DNA of 64,000 bases from an uncultured Gemmatimonadales bacterium (GTDB lineage Bacteria > Gemmatimonadota > Gemmatimonadetes > Longimicrobiales > RSA9), in NCBI GenBank assembly GCA_963708135.1, contig OY970192.1:608001-672000 (forward strand). Direction: 5' to 3'. Below the pieces are notes generated by a model that saw only the letters and a list, made by a program, of their open reading frames with translations, was not told where the DNA came from and did no database searches. Position 1 is the stretch's first letter, and every line of letters starts with the position of its first letter. Positions 1 through 9,975 of the stretch are shown one piece after another. A program made the position numbers and the translations under genes.

Positions 1-5
1 TTCGG

Positions 6-21
6 TTGGCACGCCTCCTGC
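6..21 (+). promoter_or_regulatory. candidate sigma54 (-24/-12) promoter
   Basis: TTGGCACG-cctc-CTGC fits TGGCACG-N4-TTGC spacing; lies about 57 nt upstream of the small ORF at 78. Confidence 0.55.
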
Positions 22-77
22 GCTTTCGGTGGAGTGCGGCAACGCACCCGAATCGTAGTTGAGCAAGGAGGCGAGAG

Positions 78-272
78 ATGGCGAGTGTACCCGGACCGCA
101 ACCCGGGCGGCCGCTCCCGACGCCGGGCGCTCCGGCCGAGGAGCCGGTCCATGCGCCGGAGGAGCAGCCGGGGGTCTCGGAGCCCGATCGGGGTGCCGAT
201 CCCGAGTGGCTGCCGCGGCCGTACGACCCGGAGCGCGAATACGAGGAGCCGGAGCTGCCGGCCGGCGTCTGA
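78..272 (+). CDS. small acidic Pro/Glu-rich hypothetical protein (64 aa)
   Basis: Strong RBS AAGGAGG before ATG 78; sigma54-like promoter upstream and intrinsic terminator downstream. Confidence 0.6.
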   Translation: MASVPGPQPGRPLPTPGAPAEEPVHAPEEQPGVSEPDRGADPEWLPRPYDPEREYEEPELPAGV

Positions 273-297
273 CGCCGGCCCGACCAGGTCATAGAGG

Positions 298-331
298 AAC
301 GCCCCCGCGCCGTCCGCGCGGGGGCGTTTTC
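298..331 (+). terminator. rho-independent terminator
   Basis: AACGCCCCCGCGC-cgtcc-GCGCGGGGGCGTT stem ending in a T run. Confidence 0.75.
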
Positions 332-406
332 GTTGGTGGACAGAGCTCCATGGGCGGCCTACATTGCCGGCGGAAGTCGTGTGCTGACGACCGAAAAGGA
401 GCTGTC

Positions 407-1156
407 GTGAAGACCTTCGTTTGCATCAAGCGTGTCCCGGACACGGAGGCGAGGATCAAGGTCGGCGCGGATGGGCGCTCGATCGATCCGGCCGGGATCA
501 AGTTCGTGATCAGCCCGTACGACGAGTTCGCGCTGGAGGCCGCGCTGCGGCTGAAGGAGGCGGCGGGCGAGGGCGAGGTGGCGGTCGGGACGGTGGGAGA
601 TGCAGCCTCCGGAGAGCAGCTGCGCTCGGCGCTCGCCATGGGTGCCGACCGGGCCGTGCTCCTCAAGGGCGGGACCACGCTCGACGGTTTGGCCACGGCG
701 CACGCGCTGGCGGAGGAGCTGAAGGGAGCCGGCGCGGACCTGGTGCTGTTCGGGATGAAGGCCGCCGATGACGACCAGCAGCAGGTCGGGCCGATGGTGG
801 CCGAGCTACTCGATCTGCCCTGCGTCACCGCGGTGGCGGCCATCGAGGTCGCCGATGGAAAGGTGGTCTGCCACCGCGAGGTCGAGGGCGGCGTCGAGAT
901 CGTCGAGGCGCCGCTCCCCGCGGCCGTGACGATCACGAAGGGGAAGTTCGAGCCGCGCTACCCGTCCCTGAAGGGGATCATGGCGGCCAAGAGGAAGCCG
1001 CTCGAGGAGAAGGATGCTGCGCTGGGCCGGGCCCGGATCGAGGTGCGCTCGCTGGTGCCGCCGCCGGAGCGGCCGGCCGGCAGGATCGTGGGCGAGGGGC
1101 CGGACGCGGTGCCGGAGCTGGTCCGGCTGCTGCGCGACGAAGCGAAGGTGCTCTAA
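407..1156 (+). CDS. etfB: electron transfer flavoprotein beta subunit
   Basis: VCIKRVPD, SPYDEFALEAA, ALAMGAD, PRYPSLKGIMAAK motifs; AAGGAG RBS before GTG 407. Confidence 0.95.
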   Translation: MKTFVCIKRVPDTEARIKVGADGRSIDPAGIKFVISPYDEFALEAALRLKEAAGEGEVAVGTVGDAASGEQLRSALAMGADRAVLLKGGTTLDGLATAHALAEELKGAGADLVLFGMKAADDDQQQVGPMVAELLDLPCVTAVAAIEVADGKVVCHREVEGGVEIVEAPLPAAVTITKGKFEPRYPSLKGIMAAKRKPLEEKDAALGRARIEVRSLVPPPERPAGRIVGEGPDAVPELVRLLRDEAKVL

Positions 1157-1166
1157 GGGAGAGATC

Positions 1167-2141
1167 ATGCCGAACGTTCTTGCATTCACGGAGCAGCGGG
1201 ACGGCACGCTCCGGCGCGTCTCGACCGAGGTGGTCACGGCCGCGCGCACCGTGGCCGATGGCATCGGCGGCGCCGTCGATGCGCTTCTGCTCGGCCCCGC
1301 CGGCGTGGAGGCGCAGGCCGCCGAGCTCGGCCGCTACGGCGCGGAGCGGGTGCTCGTCGGGGAGAGCGACGTCTTCGGGAGCTACGATCCGGAGGCGTTC
1401 ACTGCGGCGGTCGTGGCGCAGGTCCAGGGGAAGGCTTGCTTCGCCGTCCTGTTCCCGGCCAGCTCGGTCGGGAAGGACCTCGCCGCCCGGGTGGCGGCGC
1501 GCCTCGATGTGCCGCTCGCGGCAGACGCGACCGGCCTCGTGGTCGAGGGCGGCGAGCTCGTGGTCACGCGCCCGGTATACGGCGGCCGCGCGTTCGCGAC
1601 GCTCACGCTGGCCGCGGAGCCGCGGCTCGTCTCGGTGCGCTCGAACGTGGTGCGGGCGGAGGAGCGGCCGAGGCAGCCGGCCGTCGAGCGCATCGACGTG
1701 AGCGGCATCCAGCCCGGACGCGTCCGGATCCGGTCCGTCGAGGCCGCAGGGGGCGAGAAGCTGGACGTCGCGGAGGCGCCGGTGGTGGTGAGCGGCGGAC
1801 GCGGCATGCGCGAGCCCGACAACTGGAAGCTGCTCGAGCAGTTGTGCGAGGCGCTCGGCCCGCAGTGCGCGCTCGGCGCGTCGCGCGCGGTCGTGGACGC
1901 CGGCTGGCGGCCCCATGCCGAGCAGGTCGGGCAGACCGGCAAGACGGTCTCGCCGCAGCTCTACATCGCCGTCGGTATCAGCGGCGCGATGCAGCACCTG
2001 GCCGGCATGCGGAGCGCGAAGACCATCGTCGCCATCAACAAGGATGCCGATGCGCCGATCTTCAAGGTCGCCGACTACGGCATCGTCGGCGACGCCATGG
2101 AGATCGTGCCGCGCCTGACGAAGGAGCTCGCCGGCGGCTGA
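1167..2141 (+). CDS. etfA: electron transfer flavoprotein alpha subunit
   Basis: [43 protein letters not shown] motifs. Confidence 0.95.
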   Translation: MPNVLAFTEQRDGTLRRVSTEVVTAARTVADGIGGAVDALLLGPAGVEAQAAELGRYGAERVLVGESDVFGSYDPEAFTAAVVAQVQGKACFAVLFPASSVGKDLAARVAARLDVPLAADATGLVVEGGELVVTRPVYGGRAFATLTLAAEPRLVSVRSNVVRAEERPRQPAVERIDVSGIQPGRVRIRSVEAAGGEKLDVAEAPVVVSGGRGMREPDNWKLLEQLCEALGPQCALGASRAVVDAGWRPHAEQVGQTGKTVSPQLYIAVGISGAMQHLAGMRSAKTIVAINKDADAPIFKVADYGIVGDAMEIVPRLTKELAGG

Positions 2142-2317
2142 GCTGTCGTCCAGCGGGAGTCATCCGGGCTTCCGGCGTCGAGCCGCGGTGCCGCGTCGCG
2201 CGTGGGTCACGCGGGCGGGGCTTGTCTTTCACGCCGGGCCGGTGAAGCTTCCGGCCTGACGGGCCGCCGCCGACCGGGTCGGGGGCCGCTTCCGATTCAC
2301 CCCAGCGGGACTTCGCG

Positions 2318-3511
2318 ATGCCCGATCCTCACGCGGCCGGCCCGGGCCGGCCCCGCCGCCCGTTCCGCGTCCTCCTGCTGCTGGCCGCGGGCGTCTCGCT
2401 CGCGGTCGTGGCCGCCCTCGCCTCCCGCAGGGCGACGCCGCCCGCCACGTCCACCCTGGCGGTGGTGAACGGAACGCCCGCCCAGTCAACGGGACCCACG
2501 CTCCGGCTCCGGATGGACGGCGCGGCGCACGAGGCGCTGCTCGAGCTGGGGCCGATCGACCTTCCCGCCGGCTGGTCCCATCACCAGGTCCGGCAGCCGC
2601 GCGCGCAGGAGGTGGCCTTTCCGGGCGCCGGCTGGCTGCACGGCTACTCGGTGGAGCTGGTGGACCGCGATGGGCGGCCGGTGCCGCACGCGGTGCTCCA
2701 CCACCTGAATCTCATCGAGCCCACGCAGCGCGAGCTGTTCAGCCCGATCATGCTCCGCGTGGGCGCCATGGGCTCCGAGACCTCACCCGTGCACCTGCCC
2801 CGCCTGCTCGGCTATCCCGTCCGGCAGGGAGACTCGCTGCTGGTCACGGCCATGTTCCACAACCCGACGAGCGCATCGTACGCGGGGGTCACGCTGCGCG
2901 TTCACCTCGAGTTCACGCCCGCCTCGACGTGGCTGCCGCCGTTCTCGTTCCACCCGATCTACATGGATGTCATGCCGCCCGCCGGCACCCACGCCTACGA
3001 CCTGCCGAGCGGCCGCTCCAGCCGCAGCTGGGAGGCACGGCCGGCGCTGTCCGGCCGCATCCTCGGTCTCGGCGGCCACCTGCACCGCTACGCCACGCTG
3101 CTCCGGCTCGAGGACGTCACCGCCGGAAAGGTGCTCTGGGAGAGCCGCCCGATCCTCGACGCCGCGCGCGACGTGGTCGGGATGCCGCAGACCATGCTGT
3201 ACTGGCGCGGCGGCATCAGGATCGATGCCGAGCATCTCTACCGCCTCACCGCCTTCTACAACAACCCCACCGGCCGGATGATCCCGGAGGGCGCCATGGG
3301 CGCGCTGGGCGGCGCTTTCATCCCCGCGCGCGGCGCCGCCTGGCCCGCCATCGACCGCCACGATCCGGAGTACCTCAGGGACGTCCAGGTCACCTGGGCC
3401 GGGATGCGCGAGATGAGCGGGATGGGAGATATGGGCGGGCGGTCCGGAATGAGCCGGGGCGGCGCGAGCGGCGGGACGTCCGGCAACCGAGAGCCGCCGC
3501 CCGGCCACTGA
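2318..3511 (+). CDS. membrane-anchored/secreted hypothetical protein, possible PHM-like copper monooxygenase fold
   Basis: N-terminal hydrophobic segment; HH (VLHHLN), MFHN, HxH (GGHLH) and GAMG motifs. Confidence 0.6.
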   Translation: MPDPHAAGPGRPRRPFRVLLLLAAGVSLAVVAALASRRATPPATSTLAVVNGTPAQSTGPTLRLRMDGAAHEALLELGPIDLPAGWSHHQVRQPRAQEVAFPGAGWLHGYSVELVDRDGRPVPHAVLHHLNLIEPTQRELFSPIMLRVGAMGSETSPVHLPRLLGYPVRQGDSLLVTAMFHNPTSASYAGVTLRVHLEFTPASTWLPPFSFHPIYMDVMPPAGTHAYDLPSGRSSRSWEARPALSGRILGLGGHLHRYATLLRLEDVTAGKVLWESRPILDAARDVVGMPQTMLYWRGGIRIDAEHLYRLTAFYNNPTGRMIPEGAMGALGGAFIPARGAAWPAIDRHDPEYLRDVQVTWAGMREMSGMGDMGGRSGMSRGGASGGTSGNREPPPGH

Positions 3512-3617
3512 GCGGCCCCGGGGGCGGCCCGGAACTCGCGGGAGCGCCGGCCGGTACACGGTGAACTGCCCGCGCGCTGGAGCGCCGGCGGCCAACCGTC
3601 CCGAATGGAGACGCCCC

Positions 3618-4202
3618 ATGCGAGCTTCCGCTTCGATCCTTCTCGCCGCCTCGGTCGTGCTCGTGGCCGCCGCCGGCGCCGATGCCCAGGGTCTGCGCGT
3701 CACGCCGATGATCGGCGCCTATGTGCAGGGAAACAGCTTCAACCAGCTCCGCAGCAACGCCGATATGATCGACGTGAGCCGCTCCTCCGCGCTGGCGCTC
3801 GGCGCCGCCGTGGAGTTCGGCTTCCTGCGCGGAAGCCTTGCCTACGCCTCGGGCGCCACGGTGTCGCAGAACGGCGTCCAGGGCGACGTCGGCACGGGCA
3901 AGCTCCTCGCCGGCGCCGTGGACCTGGTGCTGCGCCCGCTCCCGCGCGTCATCGTGATCCAGCCGTACGTGCTCGGCGGGATCGGCTTCAAGAACCAGGA
4001 TTACTCCTGGAACAGCAGCCGGTTCGACGCCTTCCCCAGGAGCCAGCGCGGCACCGCGTACCACCTCGGGGTGGGCGCGGATCTCATGCTCGGCGGCTTC
4101 GGCATCACCGCCGAGGTGACCGATTACATCAGCAAGAAGGTGGGTGGCGGCCTCGGGCAGCACGACGCCTTCGCCATGCTGGGCGTGAAGCTCGGCCTCT
4201 GA
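3618..4202 (+). CDS. small outer-membrane beta-barrel protein
   Basis: Signal peptide (ADA-Q), alternating beta strands, PYVLGGIG motif; GGAG RBS. Confidence 0.7.
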   Translation: MRASASILLAASVVLVAAAGADAQGLRVTPMIGAYVQGNSFNQLRSNADMIDVSRSSALALGAAVEFGFLRGSLAYASGATVSQNGVQGDVGTGKLLAGAVDLVLRPLPRVIVIQPYVLGGIGFKNQDYSWNSSRFDAFPRSQRGTAYHLGVGADLMLGGFGITAEVTDYISKKVGGGLGQHDAFAMLGVKLGL

Positions 4203-4244
4203 GCCGCTCGTGAAGGTGCAGGGTGACCGCTGCCCCGCGAGGCA

Positions 4245-5921
4245 CTACATGCGACGGTACTTCGGCCCGCTTCCCCCCTCCCGCGGCGTCCATCTCGGCC
4301 CGATGTCGTCGGTCGCCTTGCAGTCCACGCAGTTGGGCGCGTTGACCACGAGCGCGTCGCCGTCGCGCTCGTAAACGCCGGCGGGGCACATGTGCTGGTA
4401 GAGCTCGGCCAGCTCGGGCGGGACCTGCTCGCCGACGATCAGGTGGGAGGGGATGTCGTCGCGCGTGGCGTTGCCGGACCTGAACACCGCGTCCAGCTTG
4501 CGGAACGTCAGGGTGCCGTCGGGCACGAGCGGCGGCCGGCCATCGCCCTGGCGCGGCACGCGGGCATCCGCCTCCATGGCGATGCGGCCGCCGGGGAAGG
4601 CGCCTCCCGTGATGGACATGAGCGCCGCCTTGACGCCGCCGACCCAGAAGCCGTCCCTGAAGGCGAGGCGCATGTTGCGGCGGGCGTGCAGCTCGCGCGT
4701 GACGAAGGAGTCGTCCATCATGCGGTCGTAGCTCCCGAGCCGCTGGGCCGACGTGTCGCCCTCCTTCAGCGCGTCGAAGATCGCGCGCGCCGCGCAGATC
4801 CCCGAGTACATCGCGTAGTGGATCCCCTTGAGCGAGGCCACCTCGACGTAGCCGGCGGAGTCTCCGACGATCAGCACGCCATCCCCGTGGCGCCGCCTGG
4901 GGATGGCGTAGTAACCGCCCTCCGGGATGGTCTTGGCGCCCCACTCGACCATCTCGCCGCCCTCGAGGTAGGGTCGGAACACCGGGTGCAGCTTCATGCG
5001 CTGGAGCAGATCGTGGACGTCGAGGTCGAGCTGCTTGTAGTCCAGCCCGACCACGAGACCGAGGGCCACCACGTTCGGCTCCAGCGGATACATGAAGCTG
5101 CCGCCGAAGGCATCGTTCGGCACCGGCCAGCCCATGGTGTGAATGATGGCGTCCAGCGGCCGCCTGGTCTCCCAGATCTCCTTCACCCCGAGCGCGTAGA
5201 TCTGCGGGTTCTGCGACGGCACCGCCTGCCACTGCAGGAACGCCTGCGAGAGCATCCCGCGCGTGCCCTCCGCCAGCACGGTCACCCGGGCCGTCACGTC
5301 CGTGGGCGGCATGTACCCGGTCCCCGGCTGGCCCTCGCGGTCCAGGCCCGTGGGCGTGGTGCGGATCCCCCTGACGCGTGTGTCCTCGACCAGCAGCGCG
5401 CCGGCGGGGAAGCCGGTGAAGATGTTCACGCCGGCGGCCTCGGCCTTCTCGCCGAGCCAGCGCACGATCTCGCAGATCGAGGCGATGTAGTTGCCGTGGT
5501 TGCGCATGGTGGGCGGCGTAGGCAGGCGCACCGAGCCGTTCTCCGTCAGCAGCAGCACGCGCTCGTTCTCGACCGGGCCGCGGAACGGGAACTCCTTCGC
5601 GTCCATGCCGGGAAACAGCTCGTGGAACGCGCGCGGGTTCACCACGGCGCCGGAGAGGCAGTGCTCGCCGAGCGACTCGGCCTTCTCGAGCACGCCGATC
5701 TCGATGGCGCCGAGCGTGCCGCCCCGCTCCGCGTCCTCGCGCACCAGGCGCGCGAGCTCGATCGCGCCGGCCAGCCCCGCCGGGCCGCCGCCCACGAACA
5801 ACACATCCATCTCGACGGCTTCCTCCTCGGGCGGATCGGACAGGATCAGCCGGTCCAGCGGCAGCGACGGCTGATACTCGGCCGGAACCACCGGGAGGCG
5901 ACGCTTCGCACCGTCGGGCAT
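4245..5921 (-). CDS. electron transfer flavoprotein-ubiquinone oxidoreductase
   Basis: DVLFVGGGPAGL FAD motif, HCLSGAV, KTIPEGG, KGIHYAM, C-terminal CPAGVY...NCVDCKA Fe-S region, PREGGSGP. Confidence 0.92.
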   Translation of the reverse strand: MPDGAKRRLPVVPAEYQPSLPLDRLILSDPPEEEAVEMDVLFVGGGPAGLAGAIELARLVREDAERGGTLGAIEIGVLEKAESLGEHCLSGAVVNPRAFHELFPGMDAKEFPFRGPVENERVLLLTENGSVRLPTPPTMRNHGNYIASICEIVRWLGEKAEAAGVNIFTGFPAGALLVEDTRVRGIRTTPTGLDREGQPGTGYMPPTDVTARVTVLAEGTRGMLSQAFLQWQAVPSQNPQIYALGVKEIWETRRPLDAIIHTMGWPVPNDAFGGSFMYPLEPNVVALGLVVGLDYKQLDLDVHDLLQRMKLHPVFRPYLEGGEMVEWGAKTIPEGGYYAIPRRRHGDGVLIVGDSAGYVEVASLKGIHYAMYSGICAARAIFDALKEGDTSAQRLGSYDRMMDDSFVTRELHARRNMRLAFRDGFWVGGVKAALMSITGGAFPGGRIAMEADARVPRQGDGRPPLVPDGTLTFRKLDAVFRSGNATRDDIPSHLIVGEQVPPELAELYQHMCPAGVYERDGDALVVNAPNCVDCKATDDIGPRWTPREGGSGPKYRRM

Positions 5922-5976
5922 CTCGTGCTCCTTTTCGGGTCAATTCGCGGCGGCCCGCTGCCCGGCCGCCGGGGGT

Positions 5977-7260
5977 TCAGAAGCCCGGCTCCGCGCGCGC
6001 GTCGTCCGCGCCGCGCAGGGGCAGGGCCGTGAGCGTCGCGCCCTTCTCGACGCGCTCCACGTCCAGCGGGATCACCAGCAGCGCATCCGCCTCCGCCATC
6101 GAGCTCAGGATCCCCGAGCCCTGCGGGCCCGTGAGCCGGGCCAGCCAGCCGCCCTTTCCGTCTGCCTCCAGCCGCGCGCGCAGGAAGCGCACGAGGCCGG
6201 GCCTCGACTCGATCCTCTCCGCCGCCCGCACGCGCAGGGTGGCCGCGTGCACGTCGCGCCGGCCGACCATGCGGCGCAATGCGGGGCGGACGAGCACCTC
6301 GAAGGTGACCAGCGCGGAGACGGGGTTGCCCGGCAGGCCGAAGACGGCGGTGTCGTGCCAGGTGCCGAAGGAGAACGGGCTGCCGGGGCGGATCTTCACA
6401 CGCCAGAAGCCGAGCGAGAAGCCGAGCTCCTCCAGCACGTCCTTCATGATGTCGTGGTCGCCGACGCTCGCGCCCGCCGTCGTGACGAGCGCGTCCGCTC
6501 CCGCGCCCTGCTCGAGCAGCGCCCGCAGGCTCGCGGCCTCGTCGCGCGCGATGCCGAGCGGCAGCGGCGTGCCGCCCGCAGCGCGCACCGCGGCCGCCAG
6601 CGCGTAGGCGTTCGAGTTCACGATGCGGCGGCCGGCGAGCACCTCCTCGTACCGGTCGAGGTCCACGAGCTCGTCGCCGTTCGAGAGGATCGCCACGCGC
6701 GGTCGCCGGTGCACCCGCACGCGCTGGCGGCCCATGGTCGAGAGCAGCCCGATCTCGGCCGGACGCAGCATCCGGCCCGGCTCCAGCACGGTCTTCCCCG
6801 CCACCAGGTCCTCGCCACGGGGGCGGATGTTGCGCCCCGCGTCGCTGTCATCCAGCACCGCGACCCGCTCGTCCGACACCGCCATGGTGTGCTCCAGCCG
6901 GATCACCGAGTCCGCGCCCTCCGGCACCGGCGCGCCCGTCATGATCCGAACCACCTCCCCCGAGCCGACGGCGCGCGAGGGGAACGCGCCAGCGGCCACC
7001 TCGCCGACCACGCGCAGCACGGCCGGCGCGTCATCCCGCGCCCCGCGCACGTCCTCCGCACGCGCCGCGTAGCCGTCCATCGCGCTGTTGTCCCACGGCG
7101 GCTGGTGGATCGGCGAGGCCACGCTCTCGGCCAGCACCCGGCCGTACGCCTCGTCCAGCGGCACCATCTCCGTGGGGAGCGGCGCCACCGCACCCAGGAT
7201 CCGCTCCAGCGCCTCTGAGATCGTCAGCCAGTCGGGCGCGCGCGCCGGCCGCTCAGCCAT
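5977..7260 (-). CDS. moeA: molybdopterin molybdotransferase MoeA
   Basis: NSAMDGYA, IMTGAPVP, NIRPRGED, SNGDELV, GLPGNPVS motifs. Confidence 0.95.
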   Translation of the reverse strand: MAERPARAPDWLTISEALERILGAVAPLPTEMVPLDEAYGRVLAESVASPIHQPPWDNSAMDGYAARAEDVRGARDDAPAVLRVVGEVAAGAFPSRAVGSGEVVRIMTGAPVPEGADSVIRLEHTMAVSDERVAVLDDSDAGRNIRPRGEDLVAGKTVLEPGRMLRPAEIGLLSTMGRQRVRVHRRPRVAILSNGDELVDLDRYEEVLAGRRIVNSNAYALAAAVRAAGGTPLPLGIARDEAASLRALLEQGAGADALVTTAGASVGDHDIMKDVLEELGFSLGFWRVKIRPGSPFSFGTWHDTAVFGLPGNPVSALVTFEVLVRPALRRMVGRRDVHAATLRVRAAERIESRPGLVRFLRARLEADGKGGWLARLTGPQGSGILSSMAEADALLVIPLDVERVEKGATLTALPLRGADDARAEPGF

Positions 7261-7933
7261 GCTCCCCTCCTCGCGCGAGCGCCTCGGCCCGCTCCCGCTC
7301 CTCCGCCGTGTTCACGTTGAGGAACAGCGCCGCCGGGTCGCCGTAGGCGCGAACCTCCTCCAGCGGCAGCGTCCGCACGCGCACCTCGGGGAAGAAGCCG
7401 ACGATGTGGCGCTCCCCGCGCGCGAGCTCCGCCTCGATCGCCGCGATGCAGCCGGTGCCGTAATAGGCGCACAGCGGCTCCACGCCGCGGCGGCTTTCGC
7501 TGCCCGGCGCGACCACATCGGGGCCCGTCCCGGCGTTGCCACCAGCCGTCGCGGCCGCCGCCCCGCTCGCCGCGGCCTCGAGCAGCCGGGCCAGCAGCGC
7601 GGGCGAGAGGAAGGGCATGTCGCACGCCACGGCGAGGACCCCGGGGCGGCCCGCCTCCCGCGCCCACAGGAGCGCCGTGTAGATGCCGCCCAGCGAGCCC
7701 ATGCCCGGCAGGGCGTCCGGGCGCATCGGCAGCCCCGCCCCGCCGTAGACCTGCGCGTCGTTGGCGATCAGCACGAGATCCGGCAGCACGGCCCGGAGCG
7801 CGGCCTCCACGCGCTCGAGGATCGGCCGGCCGCCCACCGCCGCGAGCGCCTTGTGCGCGCCGTAGCGCCGATTCTCGCCGCCGGCCAGGATGGCGCCGAA
7901 CGGCGGCTGCCGGACCCCGGGGCGGGTGCTCAC
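7253..7933 (-). CDS. mobA: molybdenum cofactor guanylyltransferase
   Basis: ILAGGENRRYG..KA, GSLGGI, VACDMPF, EPLCAYY, FLNVNT; GTG start overlaps the fdhD stop (GTGA). Confidence 0.9.
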   Translation of the reverse strand: MSTRPGVRQPPFGAILAGGENRRYGAHKALAAVGGRPILERVEAALRAVLPDLVLIANDAQVYGGAGLPMRPDALPGMGSLGGIYTALLWAREAGRPGVLAVACDMPFLSPALLARLLEAAASGAAAATAGGNAGTGPDVVAPGSESRRGVEPLCAYYGTGCIAAIEAELARGERHIVGFFPEVRVRTLPLEEVRAYGDPAALFLNVNTAEERERAEALARGGEHG

Positions 7934-8685
7934 GCGACATCCCCGCGGCCGACATCCCCGTCCTCCGCCGCGTCTTCCCCCGCGCCGAAGATGTAGGCGT
8001 CCCTGCCGGCGGCGCGCGCGATGATCGGGAAGCCGGCGGCGCGGGCGGACGCCACCGCGAGGGTGGTGGGGATCGAGCGGCTGGCGACCCACGCCAGTCC
8101 CGCGCGCGCCGCCTTGCGCGCGATCTCGGCGCTCACCCGCGAGGAGACCACGAGCCCGAGCCGGGAGAGGTCGGCCTCCGCCAGCAGCGCGGCGCCGATC
8201 GTCTTGTCCACGGCGTTGTGGCGGCCCACCTCCTCGCAGCCGTAGACGAGGCTCTCGCCATCCGAGAGCGCCGCGGCGTGCATCCCGCCCGTATCGCGCG
8301 AGCGCTCGGCGCCGGCGTAGAGGTCGCGGAAGAGCTCGTGGAAGCGCTCGAGTGGGGGCGGCGCGCGGCGCGCCGGCGCGGCGGCGGGGCGCGGGGGTGA
8401 GCCGGGCCGGGGCGGCAAGTCGGCATCGTCGCCGGCGGGACGGTCCTCGGGCAGGGCCAGCCGCTCGGGCGGGATCCGCGCCCGCACGCCGAGCGCGCCG
8501 TCCGGCTCGTGCACCACCTGGAGCGAGAGGAGGTCCGCCGCCCGCGCGATGTAGCCGTCCGCCAGGAGCCGTCCGGCCGCGAGCGCCTCGGGCAGCTCGG
8601 GCGTGCACGTCCAGGCGCGGATCCGCCGGCCGTTCACCTCGAGCCAGAACGGCACCTCGTCCACGGCGGCAACCCGGCGTCGCAT
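7930..8685 (-). CDS. fdhD: formate dehydrogenase accessory protein FdhD family (atypical, no CxxC loop)
   Basis: TGGMHAAA, EEVGRHNAVDKTIG, SSRVSAEI, SIPTTLA motifs. Confidence 0.85.
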   Translation of the reverse strand: MRRRVAAVDEVPFWLEVNGRRIRAWTCTPELPEALAAGRLLADGYIARAADLLSLQVVHEPDGALGVRARIPPERLALPEDRPAGDDADLPPRPGSPPRPAAAPARRAPPPLERFHELFRDLYAGAERSRDTGGMHAAALSDGESLVYGCEEVGRHNAVDKTIGAALLAEADLSRLGLVVSSRVSAEIARKAARAGLAWVASRSIPTTLAVASARAAGFPIIARAAGRDAYIFGAGEDAAEDGDVGRGDVA

Positions 8686-8694
8686 GTGCCCTCG

Positions 8695-9222
8695 TCAGAT
8701 CACGCGCGGGCTGACGCCCAGGAGCACGGCGATGATGACGGCCACGCAGATGTAGGCGAAGAAGCCGATAAGCGCGGTGAGCAGCGCGCGGCCCGTGCCG
8801 AAGTCGAGCGCCTGCCGGATCGCGATCACCCCCGCCACGAGCAGCCACACGGCCACGACCAGCACGACGAGCCGGCCCAGGATCGGGACGAGCACGAAGA
8901 GGAAGAACACGCCCGGCGACTGCGCGAAGCCCAGCGTCCGCAGCAGCTCGCCCCACGTGGCCGTCCCCCCCAGCAGGCTGCCGATGCCGTACGTGATGGC
9001 GGACCAGAGGAGCCACCCGAGGTAGGCGGAGATCAGCCCGCCCAGCACGCCGCCCGCGCCGCCGCGCGCGCCGCCGATCGCCGCCGCCACCGCCACGATT
9101 CCGACCACCAGCGCGGCCTGGCCCGTGGCCGTCGTGTCCGCCTCCACCTCCTCGTAGAGGCTCGTGTCCAGCCGCGCCGCCGCGATCATCCGCTCGACCA
9201 GGGACCTCCGCCTGAACTCCAT
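8695..9222 (-). CDS. Yip1-family membrane protein
   Basis: Several TM helices; LYEEVEAD...QA, LLRTLGFAQSP, AIRQALD pattern. Confidence 0.7.
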   Translation of the reverse strand: MEFRRRSLVERMIAAARLDTSLYEEVEADTTATGQAALVVGIVAVAAAIGGARGGAGGVLGGLISAYLGWLLWSAITYGIGSLLGGTATWGELLRTLGFAQSPGVFFLFVLVPILGRLVVLVVAVWLLVAGVIAIRQALDFGTGRALLTALIGFFAYICVAVIIAVLLGVSPRVI

Positions 9223-9328
9223 CTTCGCCCTCCGTGCCGGGGGAGCGCCGCCCACGATCAACGGTATCATACTGCCCGGCCCGGAGCGCAGAAAGTCGCG
9301 CGGCCAGCCGGCGCCGCGGGGCCCTTGC

Positions 9329-9344
9329 CGGCATCAATGTTGCA
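9329..9344 (+). promoter_or_regulatory. candidate sigma54 promoter
   Basis: CGGCATC-aatg-TTGCA with exact GG-N10-GC spacing, upstream of the BON gene. Confidence 0.6.
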
Positions 9345-9396
9345 ACCCTCGTCGTCCCATCGGACCCTACCGGAACGGCGGCAAAGGAGCGCGAGC

Positions 9397-9948
9397 ATGG
9401 CGTACGGAAGCGAGTGGCGCGGACGGCGTGGGGGCCGCGATCGCGGAGACCGCTGGGAATCCTCTCGCGAGTGCACGCGCGGGCCGTGGCGCGACTGGAG
9501 CCCCGGCCAGGCGGGTTGGGGCGGCGGGCGCCGGGGCAGGGGCTGGCCCTACGGCGTCGGCTACGAGCGGGGCAGCGAGGGCGACTTCGGCGAGTGGGAG
9601 GCCGGATCGCCTCCGGGCCGCGGGCCCTACGGCCCGCCGTGGTTCGCCGAGCCGGGACCCGGGACGGCGCCGGAGCCGGCGCACCCGCCGCGCTACCGCC
9701 GGCGCGCGTCCGCCCCGCGCCGGCGGCCGCGCGACGACGAGGTCCGCGAGAGCGTGCACGAGTGCCTGTTCCAGGACAGCTGGGTCAGCCCCGGCGGGAT
9801 CGAGGTCGAGGTCAGGGATGGCGTGGTGACGCTGCGCGGGCGGGTGAAGGACCACATGGAGGCCCGCTTCGTGGTCGACGACGCCTGGGACGCGCCGGGT
9901 GTGCGCGGCGTGATCAGCGACCTGAGGGTCCAGGGCGAGGAGGGCTGA
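9397..9948 (+). CDS. BON domain protein with Gly/Arg-rich N-terminus
   Basis: IEVEVRDGVVTLRGRV...PGVRGVISDLRV BON motif; AAGGAG RBS. Confidence 0.8.
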   Translation: MAYGSEWRGRRGGRDRGDRWESSRECTRGPWRDWSPGQAGWGGGRRGRGWPYGVGYERGSEGDFGEWEAGSPPGRGPYGPPWFAEPGPGTAPEPAHPPRYRRRASAPRRRPRDDEVRESVHECLFQDSWVSPGGIEVEVRDGVVTLRGRVKDHMEARFVVDDAWDAPGVRGVISDLRVQGEEG

Positions 9949-9975
9949 GGCGCGCCTCGCGCTCGCTCGGCCGGC

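Noticed and set aside
7253..9337. 694-aa ORF as a long MobA fusion
   Set aside because: The N-terminal part overlaps the Yip1 and fdhD genes in other frames; MobA has its own coupled GTG start at 7933.
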